Notes under the pieces: generated by a model
Told to the model about the DNA's origin: nothing
Database searches by the model: none
The model's input: the letters and a program-made list of their open reading frames with translations, nothing else
Shown here: piece after piece, positions 29,559 to 39,814 of the stretch
Layout of the letters: the number at the start of each line of letters is the position of its first letter
Numbering within the stretch: position 1 is the first letter of the stretch
Position numbers and translations under genes: made by a program
Source: an uncultured Bacteroidales bacterium
Lineage (GTDB): Bacteria; Bacteroidota; Bacteroidia; Bacteroidales; VadinHA17
Assembly: GCA_963813405.1 (NCBI GenBank)
Contig: CAWEYU010000015.1
Span: 37,124 to 101,123, forward strand
Length of the DNA: 64,000 nt
Direction: 5' to 3'

Positions 29559-31518
29559 TTTTCAGATTCTTTCTGATTTCTTCCATAACTCCATAATCAA
29601 TTTTAACGGTGTATTTCTCTTTTAATTGTTTAACCCAATTATCTTCAAGGTATTGCTGGCAGGCAATAATCACCTCTCCCTGCACCTCATTAAAAGGCAA
29701 AGGTACAGCATCTATTACGTTATTAACGACAACCATTGAAGGAAAACCATCTATAATTGTCTCCTGCACCTTTTTTGAACGGTCAAGATCATCAATTGCC
29801 TTATTTTCTCCTTTGTACCATTTCCCTTCCCTGATCGTCAGAAGAGTATCACTTTTAATATTGAACTTCTCAATCATCTTCTTATCTCGGTCAGGATATC
29901 TCGAGTATTTTTTAAAAGCATTTGATAATGATTTCATACCGTCTTTCTTCCTGAGGGTATATATTTTTGCTGATATCCCTTCTTTGGTAAGAAACTTGTT
30001 CTTATTCTCCTCATAGTACTTTTTCAGACTTGTTGAGTCCTCTTGTGCTACGTTCCAGACTTTTTTCCCGGAGATCTCAAATAACAGAATTCCATCGTGA
30101 AACTCGTTCATAAGATATCTGAACTCAGGGTATTTTTTTTCGAGGATTGAATTTTCATAGTTCATAATCTGATCAGACAACCTTGTTTCGAGTGACCGTG
30201 AAATAAACTCCGCCGAATCTTTTGTGATGATCATTGAACCTCTATTTTCAATATAAGTGGCAAATTCTCTCGTTGTAAACTGTTGATCTGCAAACGTATA
30301 AATGGCTCCAGATGGCATATCATTCCGATTGTATTTAGCAAGCCCGTTAATAATAAGCGTATCAGTGTTTTTTATGAACCAGTCTACTGCATCCCGATAA
30401 GTGCGGTATTTATATTCTTTTTTTAGCTTTTCAATGAATGCTTTCTTGCTTATAGAATTCAGATAAGATTCATTTATTTTGCTTTCGAGGTAGGACCTGG
30501 TTTCTTCAAAACTTCCTGGTGCTTTTTTATCGATTCTTTTTATGATATGCCATCCATAAGGTGTTCTGACAGGTTTTGTGTAATCTCCATTTTTAGTAAG
30601 TGAAAATGCCGCTTCTGCAAAATCGCTTATAATTTCACCAGCTCCGAACCAGTTCAGTTCACCTCCGCCGGATGCGGATTCCTTATGGTCGGAATATTTT
30701 GCCGCAAGCTCGCTGAATGAAGCGCCCTTTTGCAGCTGATCATAAATCTTCAGGATTTCCTCCTCGGCTTTTTTGGCATCTTTTTCATCAGCACCCGGGG
30801 GGACACTCTTCATTATGTGGGCAACTTTAATTTTGCCAACAGAAGGACGCCTGCCAGTGACGGTAATAATATGGTAGCCATAGGGTGTTCTAACAGGTTG
30901 AGATATTTCCCCTTTCTTAAGGTTATAGGCTGCATCCTCAAAGGGCATAATCATCTGAAAAACAGTAAAATAACCAAGATTACCTCCGTTTATCTTTACG
31001 GACGGATCATCGGATGCGCTTCTTGCCACCTGTTCAAAAGGCTCTCCCAGGATAATCCTTTCCCTTATATCCCTGGCTTTTTTCCATGCCACAAGTGAAT
31101 CTTCCGGACTTGCCTCAGCCGGGCAGTTAATAAGAATATGCCATCCGTTTATTTCGGTAAGAGATCTCTGGTAAGCCTGCTTTAAGAGCTTCTCCCGTGT
31201 AGCATTATCAGTGAGATAATTCTGTGCAAGCTGGTTTCTGTATCCCTGAAGCTCTGTCTTAAATGCCTTTGTTGTATCGTATCCCTCTCTGATTGCGTCA
31301 GCAACCTTCAATTTGAAAATTACAAACTGCTGCAGGTAAGAATCGATATCAATTGTATTTGATGGGTCATAGCTCTTTTTATACATCCTGATAAATTCAC
31401 CTGCGGGAACACTTTGCCTGTCGACAGTCATAAGAATCTTGTCACTCAGATTCTGTGAATAGCCGGACACCTGCAGCAGGAATGAGCAAAGTATAATGAA
31501 GGTTAGCCTGAATTTCAT
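29551..31518 (-). CDS. PpiC-type peptidyl-prolyl isomerase with two parvulin domains
   Basis: SDDPSVKINGGNLG...PVRTPYGYHII and a second PVRTPYGWHII. Confidence 0.9.
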   Translation of the reverse strand: MKFRLTFIILCSFLLQVSGYSQNLSDKILMTVDRQSVPAGEFIRMYKKSYDPSNTIDIDSYLQQFVIFKLKVADAIREGYDTTKAFKTELQGYRNQLAQNYLTDNATREKLLKQAYQRSLTEINGWHILINCPAEASPEDSLVAWKKARDIRERIILGEPFEQVARSASDDPSVKINGGNLGYFTVFQMIMPFEDAAYNLKKGEISQPVRTPYGYHIITVTGRRPSVGKIKVAHIMKSVPPGADEKDAKKAEEEILKIYDQLQKGASFSELAAKYSDHKESASGGGELNWFGAGEIISDFAEAAFSLTKNGDYTKPVRTPYGWHIIKRIDKKAPGSFEETRSYLESKINESYLNSISKKAFIEKLKKEYKYRTYRDAVDWFIKNTDTLIINGLAKYNRNDMPSGAIYTFADQQFTTREFATYIENRGSMIITKDSAEFISRSLETRLSDQIMNYENSILEKKYPEFRYLMNEFHDGILLFEISGKKVWNVAQEDSTSLKKYYEENKNKFLTKEGISAKIYTLRKKDGMKSLSNAFKKYSRYPDRDKKMIEKFNIKSDTLLTIREGKWYKGENKAIDDLDRSKKVQETIIDGFPSMVVVNNVIDAVPLPFNEVQGEVIIACQQYLEDNWVKQLKEKYTVKIDYGVMEEIRKNLKNE

Positions 31519-31537
31519 TTAATAGAACTGATACCTG

Positions 31538-33022
31538 TTATTCAAATGATTTTCTGCTGTAATTAGGAGCTTCACGGGTGATAGTCACGTCATGAGGATG
31601 ACTTTCGATGACACCTGAATGGGTTATTCTCACAAATTTTGCATCCCTCTGAAGAGCAGATATGTTTTTGGTACCAAGGTAACCCATCCCGGCACGTAAG
31701 CCGCCGGTCATCTGGTATATTACCTCAGCAAGATTACCCTTAAACGGAACCCTGGCTTCGATTCCTTCAGGTACAAGTTTCTTGATATCATCTTCGACAT
31801 CCTGGAAGTATCTGTCTTTAGATCCCTGCTGCATTGCCTCAATGGACCCCATTCCCCGATATGCCTTAAATTTCCTTCCGTTATATATTATTGTATCTCC
31901 CGGCGATTCCTCAACACCTGCAAAGAGTGATCCTGCCATTATTGAACTGGCTCCGGCTGCTATAGCCTTTATCAGATCTCCGGAGTACCTTATTCCGCCG
32001 TCGGCAATTACAGGAATTCCAGAGCCTTCAACTGCTTTCGAAACATCGTAAACTGCTGATATTTGAGGTATTCCGACACCCGCAATTACCCTTGTTGTAC
32101 ATATCGATCCCGGACCAATTCCTACTTTAAGTCCGTCAGCTCCTGCCTGAACCAGCTTTTTCGCTGCATCAGAAGTTCCGATATTTCCGGCAATCACATC
32201 GACCCTGGGAAAACTCTTTTTAATATCGCGTAGTATTCCAATAACACTTTTGGTGTGACCATGAGCTGTATCGACAACAATTGCGTCTGCATTCGCATTA
32301 ATCAGAGCTTCAACTCTCTCCAGAGTATCAGCAGCAATTCCGACCGCACCGGCAACCCTTAGACGGCCTTTATCGTCCTTACAGGAATTGGGCCGGTCCT
32401 TTGCTTTGGTTATATCTTTGTAGGTTATCAGACCCACCAGTTTCCCTTTCTCGTCAACAATGGGTAGTTTTTCGATCTTATGTTTTTGAAGAATTCTTGC
32501 TGCTGCCTCGAGATTCGTCTGATGGTTAGTGGTTATAAGGTTTGTTGTCATGACCTCAGTGATCTTCCTTGAGTAGTTGCTTTCAAACCTGAGATCGCGG
32601 TTTGTAACAATTCCAGTCAGTATTCCAAGTTTGTCGACAACAAGGATCCCTCCGATCCGGTACTCATTCATGAGGTTAAGTGCTTCTGCAACAGTCGCCT
32701 CCACGTTTATTGTCACAGGATCATATATCATCACATTTTCAGCTCTTTTCACTTTCTTTATCTGTGCAGCCTGCTTCTCAATTGTCATGTTCTTGTGAAT
32801 CACTCCGATACCACCTTCCTGGGCGATCGCAATTGCAAGATCGGCTTCTGTAACTGTGTCCATGGCAGCAGAAACAATAGGAGTGTTAAGCTTTATATTT
32901 CTTGAAAACATCGAACTGATGTCAACTTCCCTTGGAAGAATTTCCGAGTATGCCGGAATAAGAAGTACATCATCGAAGGTCAGTCCTTCGTAAAGGACCT
33001 TATCGTTTAAAAATGACATCAT
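31538..33022 (-). CDS. guaB: IMP dehydrogenase
   Basis: [21 protein letters not shown] pair, [13 protein letters not shown], and YRGMGS; start MMSFLN at 33022 or 33019. Confidence 0.98.
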   Translation of the reverse strand: MMSFLNDKVLYEGLTFDDVLLIPAYSEILPREVDISSMFSRNIKLNTPIVSAAMDTVTEADLAIAIAQEGGIGVIHKNMTIEKQAAQIKKVKRAENVMIYDPVTINVEATVAEALNLMNEYRIGGILVVDKLGILTGIVTNRDLRFESNYSRKITEVMTTNLITTNHQTNLEAAARILQKHKIEKLPIVDEKGKLVGLITYKDITKAKDRPNSCKDDKGRLRVAGAVGIAADTLERVEALINANADAIVVDTAHGHTKSVIGILRDIKKSFPRVDVIAGNIGTSDAAKKLVQAGADGLKVGIGPGSICTTRVIAGVGIPQISAVYDVSKAVEGSGIPVIADGGIRYSGDLIKAIAAGASSIMAGSLFAGVEESPGDTIIYNGRKFKAYRGMGSIEAMQQGSKDRYFQDVEDDIKKLVPEGIEARVPFKGNLAEVIYQMTGGLRAGMGYLGTKNISALQRDAKFVRITHSGVIESHPHDVTITREAPNYSRKSFE

Positions 33023-33090
33023 CTTAAGTATTAAGTTTTGCCCGCGCAAATTACGAAAAAATTGAATTACAGTTAGTACTTTTGTAAAAT

Positions 33091-35013
33091 ATGTCTCTGA
33101 AGATGACCGCAGATGCCTACAGGCAGATATTAACAAAATACTGGGGTTTTACGACTTTCAAACCTTTGCAGGAGCAAATAATCCTTTCAATTGCGGAGGG
33201 CAAAGATACTCTGGGTCTTATGCCTACCGGAGGTGGTAAGTCGATAACATTCCAGGTCCCGGCAATGGCTCATGATGGTATATGCCTGGTAATAACACCT
33301 TTAATAGCACTTATGAAGGAGCAGGTCAGCAGGCTTAACAGTATGGAAATAAAATCGGCGGCTATTCATTCCGGTATGAACCGAGAAGAGATCGATATTG
33401 CTCTCGAGAATTGCATATATGGAAACTTCAAGTTTTTGTATATCTCACCGGAAAGGATATCAACACCGGTATTTCAGGCAAAAGTCCATCGTCTCTATCT
33501 CTCTCTCGTTGCGATCGATGAGGCTCATTGCATTTCACAGTGGGGATACGATTTCAGACCTTCTTACATGAAGATTGCTACTATCCGTGAGTTTATTGAT
33601 GAGAAAGTCCCGTTTCTCGCTCTTACTGCTTCAGCTACTCCGCAGGTGATTGAGGATATTATGACACGTCTGGCGTTCAGGGAAAGAAATGTACTCAGAA
33701 CCAGTTTTGAACGAAAGAACATTTCATACCTTGTCAGAAATGTTGAGGACAAACCGAAGTATCTCTTATCCACATTAAACAAAGTTAAAGGAAGCGGTAT
33801 AGTCTATGTGAGAAGCAGAAAAAGGAGTAAAGAGGTCGCTGAAATGCTGGCGGGAAATGGAATAAGTGCTGATTTCTACAATGCCGGCCTTACTCCAGAG
33901 CTTAGAGATAAGAAGCAGATGTCGTGGAGTTCCGGACAGACGAGGGTGATCGTTTCAACCAATGCTTTCGGCATGGGTATAGATAAAGCCGATGTCCGGT
34001 TTGTAGTTCACTGGGATATACCCGATGCAATCGAATCCTATTTCCAGGAGACGGGCAGGGCTGGCCGAGACAATAAGCCGGCATATGCAGTACTTCTTTT
34101 TTCAGGTTCAGATAAAAGCAGACTGACAGATACTATAAGGCATAAATTTCCACCCGTTGAAAAGATTAAGGATATCTATGAGGCTCTGTGCAATTTTCTA
34201 CAGGTGCCAATAGGATCCGGTAAGGATGGTGTCTACGATTTCAATATGTCCGATTTCGTATCGAAGTACAAACTTCCTGTAACAGAAACCTATAACAGTT
34301 TATCGTTTTTGCAGAGAGAAGGTTACCTTGAATTTACGGAGGAGATCAATAATCCTTCGCGGGTACATTTTGTAACCGGTCGTGATGATCTGTATAAGTT
34401 TCAGGTAGCCAACGAGATGTTCGACGGTTTCATAAAACTTCTCCTGCGGTCATACACCGGTATGTTCACAGACTTTGTACCTGTGAATGAAGAGTTGCTG
34501 TCAAAAAAATCAGCAATACCGCGTGAAAAAATCTACCAGTTCCTTATAAGGTTATCTAACCAGAACATTATAAGGTACATACCAGGGAAAAAGACCCCTC
34601 TGGTGATTTTTACTGAGGAGCGGCTTGACAGGAAATCCCTCATTATTTCTCCGGACAATTATGGACGTGTTAAGGACAAATATGTTCTCAGGCTTAACAA
34701 AATGATAGAATATGCCGAGACGACCAACCGCTGCCGGTCGGTTATTCTGTTGGAATATTTCGGTGAGGAATCCGACAGATGCGGAGTCTGCGATGTCTGC
34801 CGTGAGAGGAATGAACTTGATATGAGCAAATACGAATTTGATCTTATCCTGGAGGAGATTAAAGAGATTCTTGGAAAAGAAAGTCCTGATGCGGAGGGGC
34901 TTGTAAAAAGAGTCGACTACCCTGAGGAAAAAGTGGTAAAGGTGCTGAGATGGCTTTTGGATCATAACAAGATACTTCGTGGAGATGATTACAGCCTGAC
35001 CTGGAAGAGTTGA
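33091..35013 (+). CDS. recQ: RecQ family ATP-dependent DNA helicase
   Basis: MPTGGGKS, DEAHCISQWGYDFRP, QETGRAGRD, and zinc motif CR...CGVCDVC; start may be 33103. Confidence 0.93.
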   Translation: MSLKMTADAYRQILTKYWGFTTFKPLQEQIILSIAEGKDTLGLMPTGGGKSITFQVPAMAHDGICLVITPLIALMKEQVSRLNSMEIKSAAIHSGMNREEIDIALENCIYGNFKFLYISPERISTPVFQAKVHRLYLSLVAIDEAHCISQWGYDFRPSYMKIATIREFIDEKVPFLALTASATPQVIEDIMTRLAFRERNVLRTSFERKNISYLVRNVEDKPKYLLSTLNKVKGSGIVYVRSRKRSKEVAEMLAGNGISADFYNAGLTPELRDKKQMSWSSGQTRVIVSTNAFGMGIDKADVRFVVHWDIPDAIESYFQETGRAGRDNKPAYAVLLFSGSDKSRLTDTIRHKFPPVEKIKDIYEALCNFLQVPIGSGKDGVYDFNMSDFVSKYKLPVTETYNSLSFLQREGYLEFTEEINNPSRVHFVTGRDDLYKFQVANEMFDGFIKLLLRSYTGMFTDFVPVNEELLSKKSAIPREKIYQFLIRLSNQNIIRYIPGKKTPLVIFTEERLDRKSLIISPDNYGRVKDKYVLRLNKMIEYAETTNRCRSVILLEYFGEESDRCGVCDVCRERNELDMSKYEFDLILEEIKEILGKESPDAEGLVKRVDYPEEKVVKVLRWLLDHNKILRGDDYSLTWKS

Positions 35014-35017
35014 GGGG

Positions 35018-35168
35018 GGGTGCAGGTTCCAGGTTGCAGGGTGCAGGGTGCAGGGTGCAGGGTGCAGGGTGCAGGTTGCAAGATGCAGGTAATGTGTAAC
35101 AAATTCCCCTCCTCCGGAGGGGTTAGGGGTGGGTTGAAGGTTTCCAGGTTCCAGGTTTCAGGTTGCAG
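35018..35168 (+). repeat. Composite repeat: GGTGCAG-type heptamer arrays flanking a CCCCTCC/GGAGGGG hairpin element
   Basis: About 10 GGTGCAG/GTTGCAG/GTTCCAG units at 35018-35088, tcccctcctccggaggggttaggggtggg at 35105-35133, then 4 more units at 35140-35168. Confidence 0.85.
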
Positions 35169-35199
35169 GGAAGGCATGAAATATTCCATAATTTTTGGC

Positions 35200-35207
35200 T
35201 ATTTTTG
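35200..35207 (+). promoter_or_regulatory. -7 promoter box for the DUF5063 operon
   Basis: TATTTTTG, 17 nt upstream of the ATG. Confidence 0.55.
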
Positions 35208-35224
35208 CCGGATATTTTAAGTGA

Positions 35225-35752
35225 ATGGAAAAAGGATCAGATCCGGTATATTCAAGGCATGTAATTGAATTTGTGGCAGTTGCTAATGAATACTGCAAAT
35301 ATGCAGAACATGCTAATGAAATAAAAGGAGAGGCTCTTCTTAAAATTCTGCAGCGATTGCTACCTCTTCTCTATCTTAAAGCTTCCTTTCTGCCCGAACT
35401 AACTCCCTATTTTGAGGATGGTAATGAGAAATTTGTAGGCGAAGCTGACTGGACTAAAATTAATGATGATTTCCGGCAGCAATTCGGTTCAGCCAACGAC
35501 TACCTTGAAGTTTTTGATGAAAGAATAAATGAGACAGAAGGCCCGGTTGTGGCAAGTATTGCTGAAAACATGGCTGATATCTACCAGGACCTTAAAGATT
35601 TTATTCTGCTCTATCAGACAGGTACAATGGAAGTTATGAATGATGCTATCTGGGAATGCAGGATGAATTTTGAACGGTACTGGGGACAAAAATTAGTAAA
35701 TGCCTTAAGGGCAATTCATAACTTTTTATGTTCTGGAGAAGCAGATAAATGA
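35225..35752 (+). CDS. DUF5063 family protein; C-terminus possibly truncated by frameshifts
   Basis: VIEFVAVANEYC, LLPLLYLKA, ENMADIYQDLKDF, and YWGQKLVNALRAIH motifs. Confidence 0.85.
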   Translation: MEKGSDPVYSRHVIEFVAVANEYCKYAEHANEIKGEALLKILQRLLPLLYLKASFLPELTPYFEDGNEKFVGEADWTKINDDFRQQFGSANDYLEVFDERINETEGPVVASIAENMADIYQDLKDFILLYQTGTMEVMNDAIWECRMNFERYWGQKLVNALRAIHNFLCSGEADK

Positions 35753-35837
35753 TGAAGACCTGTCTAAAAAAGGTAAGGATACAAAAAAGATAAATCCGAC
35801 TGGTTTATTTCGAGGAGACAGAAAGAATTCAGAGGCG

Positions 35838-36464
35838 ATGATGAATAATACATTCAGGGAAAATATTACTATTGAGGAGATCAAAGAGCTTGACCTTAAA
35901 TGGTTTGAGGGTGAAATATTTCTGATTGACAGCATTGAGAAATTCTACTCTGTTCTACCCCGCCTGAAAAAATCCAAATTACTGGGTTTTGATACCGAGA
36001 CAAAACCATCTTTTAGAAAAGGGAGGAATAATAAAGTCTCACTTATTCAGCTGGCTGACGACAAAGTTGCCTGTCTTTTCAGAATTAACAAGATCGGAAT
36101 CCCGAAAGAACTGTCTGATATTCTTTCTGATCCCGGAATAATAAAATGCGGTGTAGCAATACATGATGATATTAAGTTGCTCTCAGGCATAAGAAAATTC
36201 AATCCATCGGGTTTTATTGACCTTCAGCCATTTGTCAAAAACTATGGAATAGACAGCTCCGGTCTGAAAAAGCTTGCAGCTATCGTTCTGGGATTCAGGA
36301 TCTCCAAACGCCAGCAGGTTACCGACTGGGAAGCAGATACCTTGTCAGAAGCTCAGTTGATATATGCAGCTACCGACGCATGGGTGTGTTTCCAAATCTA
36401 TAATAAATTAACTGACATCAGGCCAGAGAAAAAGGATTCCAGAAAAATCCAGAAACCGGTATAG
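35838..36464 (+). CDS. 3'-5' exonuclease, DEDDy (RNase D/WRN-like)
   Basis: LGFDTETKP, LIQLA, and DW....LSEAQLIYAATDA motifs. Confidence 0.9.
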   Translation: MMNNTFRENITIEEIKELDLKWFEGEIFLIDSIEKFYSVLPRLKKSKLLGFDTETKPSFRKGRNNKVSLIQLADDKVACLFRINKIGIPKELSDILSDPGIIKCGVAIHDDIKLLSGIRKFNPSGFIDLQPFVKNYGIDSSGLKKLAAIVLGFRISKRQQVTDWEADTLSEAQLIYAATDAWVCFQIYNKLTDIRPEKKDSRKIQKPV

Positions 36465-36468
36465 AAAA

Positions 36469-37650
36469 ATGAATCGTGTAAAAATTGTCCTTAAATCAGG
36501 AAAAGACCAGTCACCTTTGAGATTCCATCCCTGGATTTTCTCAGGTGCTATCAAGAAAATTTACGGCAATCCTGTTGAAGGCGATGTGGTGGATGTTTAT
36601 GACAACAAAGATACTCTGCTGGGGGTCGGTCATTATCAGCCGGGTTCTATTGCTGTAAGAATCATTGCATTTGAAAATATTACACCTGATGTTGACTTTT
36701 TCAGGCAAAGGATCATATCAGCAATAAATTACAGAAAGACAACCGGCATTTTTGATAATTCCGCCACAAATGTTTTTCGTCTTGTTCATGCTGAGGGGGA
36801 CAACCTGCCGGGACTGATAATAGATTTTTATAACGGGGTTGCTGTCATGCAGATGCATTCTGTTGGCATGTACAGAATAAGAAATGAAATTACCTCAATA
36901 CTTGTTGAACTTCTTGGTAGCAGGCTGGTTGCAGTTTATGATAAAAGTGAATCCACGATACCTTTTATGTCGGGTATTAAACCTGAGAACGGTTTCCTTT
37001 ATGGATCTTCAGATCCGGTCACAGTTACAGAGCATAGTCTCAGTTTTAAAGTAGACTGGACTACAGGGCAAAAAACAGGATTTTTTATTGACCAGAGGGA
37101 GAACAGAAGACTGCTTGAAGATTATACATCAGGGAAAGATGTATTGAATTTATTCGGCTACACCGGCGCATTTTCTGTTTATGCTATGAAGAATGCCCGC
37201 AGTGTCCATACTGTTGATAGTTCTGAATCTGCTATTAAACTTGCAGACGAAAATGTCAGGATGAATTTTGGAGAAGATCAGCGACATAAATCATTTAAGG
37301 CCGACGCATTTGAATTTCTTAATGATATTAAGGATAAATATGATCTGATAATTCTTGATCCTCCTGCATTTGCCAAGCACCATAATGTACTGTCAAATGC
37401 CCTTCAGGGTTATAAAAGATTAAATATCAGAGCTATTGAACAAATCCGTCACGGAGGGATTATCTTCACTTTTTCCTGTTCACAGGTTGTTACAAAAGAG
37501 AATTTCAGGAAATCAGTTTTTGCAGCTGCCGCAAACACCGGCAGAAAAGTAAGAATAATCCATCAACTGGTGCAACCACCCGATCACCCGGTTAATATTT
37601 ATCACCCTGAAGGTGAATATTTAAAAGGATTGGTTATTCATGTTGAATAG
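36469..37650 (+). CDS. rlmI: 23S rRNA m5C1962 methyltransferase, RlmI family
   Basis: HPWIFSGA (PUA domain), GQKTGFFIDQR, LDPPAF, TFSCS, and YLKG motifs. Confidence 0.88.
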   Translation: MNRVKIVLKSGKDQSPLRFHPWIFSGAIKKIYGNPVEGDVVDVYDNKDTLLGVGHYQPGSIAVRIIAFENITPDVDFFRQRIISAINYRKTTGIFDNSATNVFRLVHAEGDNLPGLIIDFYNGVAVMQMHSVGMYRIRNEITSILVELLGSRLVAVYDKSESTIPFMSGIKPENGFLYGSSDPVTVTEHSLSFKVDWTTGQKTGFFIDQRENRRLLEDYTSGKDVLNLFGYTGAFSVYAMKNARSVHTVDSSESAIKLADENVRMNFGEDQRHKSFKADAFEFLNDIKDKYDLIILDPPAFAKHHNVLSNALQGYKRLNIRAIEQIRHGGIIFTFSCSQVVTKENFRKSVFAAAANTGRKVRIIHQLVQPPDHPVNIYHPEGEYLKGLVIHVE

Positions 37651-37675
37651 CAGAAATTATGAGCGAAGCCGAATT

Positions 37676-39814
37676 ATGAACGAAGACAGAAACATTGAGT
37701 TTATAGCCAGGAAACTAGGCCTGCAGAATTGGCAGGTTGAAAATACTATCAGGTTGCTCGATGATGGATCCACTATTCCATTCATCAGCAGGTACAGGAA
37801 AGAGATGACAGGCAGCCTCGATGAGGTTAAGCTGATGAACATTAAAGATGAATATGAAAGGCTGAAGGAACTGGCTAAACGCAGGGATAGCATAATTAAG
37901 TCCATCGAAGAACAGGAAAAAATGACTTCGGAACTCAGGGAAAAAATTGATGCTGCACTTACAATGGCTGAACTGGAGGACATCTACCTTCCCTATAAAC
38001 CAAAACGCAGGACCCGTGCCACCATTGCAAAAGAGAAAGGACTTGAACCTCTTGCTCATATCATAATGAAGCAAACGGAACAGAATCCAATGCATAAAGC
38101 TGAAGAGTTTCTTAATGAAAATGTTGCAACCGTTGAAGAGGCTATTTCAGGTGCTTCAGATATAATTGCCGAATGGATAAGTGAAGATGAGAGGGCAAGA
38201 AAACAGATGAGGAAGCTTTATGAAAGGGAGGCAGTAATCTATTCAAAAGTTGTAAAAGGTAAAGAGACTGAAGGTATAAAATTCAGTGACTACTTTGACT
38301 GGTCGGAGCCATTAAAGAAATGCCCGTCACATCGTCTTCTTGCAATGCGCAGGGGAGAGGAGGAGGGATTTCTGCGATTAGCTATAGAACCCATTGAAAA
38401 TAATGCTCTTGACTGGCTGGATGAAATTTTTGTCAGGGGAAAAAATGCTTCATCTGATATTGTTCGTGATGCAATTACAGATAGCTGGAAAAGACTATTG
38501 TCTCCTTCGATGGAAACTGAATTCCGGAGTATCTCAAAGGAAAGAGCAGATATAGAGGCCATCGGAGTTTTTGCTGAAAACCTTCGACAGCTTTTACTGG
38601 CATCTCCTCTGGGTGAAAAGAATGTGCTGGCCATTGATCCCGGTTTCCGCACAGGATGTAAGATCGTGTGCCTGAGTAAACAGGGAAACCTGGTTCATAA
38701 TGAGACCATTTATCCTCATCCACCGCAGAATGAAACAGCAATGTCTGTCAAGAAAATTCTATCCCTGGTCAATGCTTATAAGATTGAAGCCATCGCCATT
38801 GGCAACGGCACTGCGAGCCGTGAGACCGAGGACTTCATCAGGTGGGTTAAGTTTGACAAGGATATTCAGGTGTTTGTTGTGAGTGAAGCAGGAGCCTCTA
38901 TTTATTCAGCGTCAAAGATTGCCCGTGATGAATTTCCTGATTATGATGTCACTGTCCGCGGTGCAATTTCGATCGGAAGAAGGCTTATGGATCCTCTGGC
39001 TGAGCTTGTCAAGATCGACCCTAAATCAATCGGCGTTGGGCAGTACCAGCACGATGTTGACCAGGGAAAGCTTCAGAATTCACTCGATGATGTTGTCAGA
39101 AGCTGCGTCAATGCTGTCGGGGTTGAAGTGAATACTGCAAGCAGCCATCTTCTGAATTATGTTTCAGGCCTTGGGCCGCAACTGGCTCAGAATATTGTTG
39201 ATTACCGTTCGGTGAACGGACCTTTCAGCTCACGCAAGGAATTTCTTAAGGTCAAAAGAATGGGAGCTAAAGCTTTTGAACAGAGTGCAGGTTTCCTGAG
39301 AATTAGAGGTGCCTTTAATCCTCTTGACTCAAGTGCTGTTCACCCCGAAAGTTATTATGTGGTGGAGGCAATGGCAAAGGATCTTGGAGTAAAGGTCAGC
39401 GAATTGATAACAAATGAAGAAAAAAGAAAAGAGATCAAGGTTGAAAAGTACGTAACTTCAACTACTGGTCTTCCTACCTTAAAGGATATATTTGATGAAC
39501 TGGCAAAACCCGGCCGCGATCCCCGCACTAAAATCAAAGAATTTCGTTTTGCTGATGTTCATACTATTGAAGATCTGAAAGAAGGAATGGTGATTCCCGG
39601 CATTATAACAAATATTACAAAATTCGGGGCTTTTGTTGATATTGGTGTGAAACAGGATGGCCTTGTACATGTTTCAAACCTTAGCAGGAATTACGTAAGT
39701 GATCCTGCCACCGTAGTAAAGCTTCATCAGCATGTGATGGTTAAAATTATTGCCGTGGATAGTGACAGAAGACGCATCCAGCTGTCGATGAAGGATGCAG
39801 ATGCTAAGAAATAA
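37676..39814 (+). CDS. tex: Tex family RNA-binding transcription accessory protein
   Basis: TIPFISRYRKE, AIDPGFRTGCK, SIGVGQYQHDV, and a C-terminal S1 domain. Confidence 0.95.
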   Translation: MNEDRNIEFIARKLGLQNWQVENTIRLLDDGSTIPFISRYRKEMTGSLDEVKLMNIKDEYERLKELAKRRDSIIKSIEEQEKMTSELREKIDAALTMAELEDIYLPYKPKRRTRATIAKEKGLEPLAHIIMKQTEQNPMHKAEEFLNENVATVEEAISGASDIIAEWISEDERARKQMRKLYEREAVIYSKVVKGKETEGIKFSDYFDWSEPLKKCPSHRLLAMRRGEEEGFLRLAIEPIENNALDWLDEIFVRGKNASSDIVRDAITDSWKRLLSPSMETEFRSISKERADIEAIGVFAENLRQLLLASPLGEKNVLAIDPGFRTGCKIVCLSKQGNLVHNETIYPHPPQNETAMSVKKILSLVNAYKIEAIAIGNGTASRETEDFIRWVKFDKDIQVFVVSEAGASIYSASKIARDEFPDYDVTVRGAISIGRRLMDPLAELVKIDPKSIGVGQYQHDVDQGKLQNSLDDVVRSCVNAVGVEVNTASSHLLNYVSGLGPQLAQNIVDYRSVNGPFSSRKEFLKVKRMGAKAFEQSAGFLRIRGAFNPLDSSAVHPESYYVVEAMAKDLGVKVSELITNEEKRKEIKVEKYVTSTTGLPTLKDIFDELAKPGRDPRTKIKEFRFADVHTIEDLKEGMVIPGIITNITKFGAFVDIGVKQDGLVHVSNLSRNYVSDPATVVKLHQHVMVKIIAVDSDRRRIQLSMKDADAKK

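Noticed and set aside
35018..35168. Possible CRISPR array
   Set aside because: The units are 7 nt and contiguous, with no unique spacers and no cas genes.
34989..35220. ORFs with CRVQGAG / PAPCTL repeats
   Set aside because: They are translation artefacts of the heptamer array, which has a 7-codon periodicity.
35750..35755. TGA-TGA as selenocysteine or readthrough in DUF5063
   Set aside because: Two in-frame TAA stops follow within a few codons; indels explain the pattern better.
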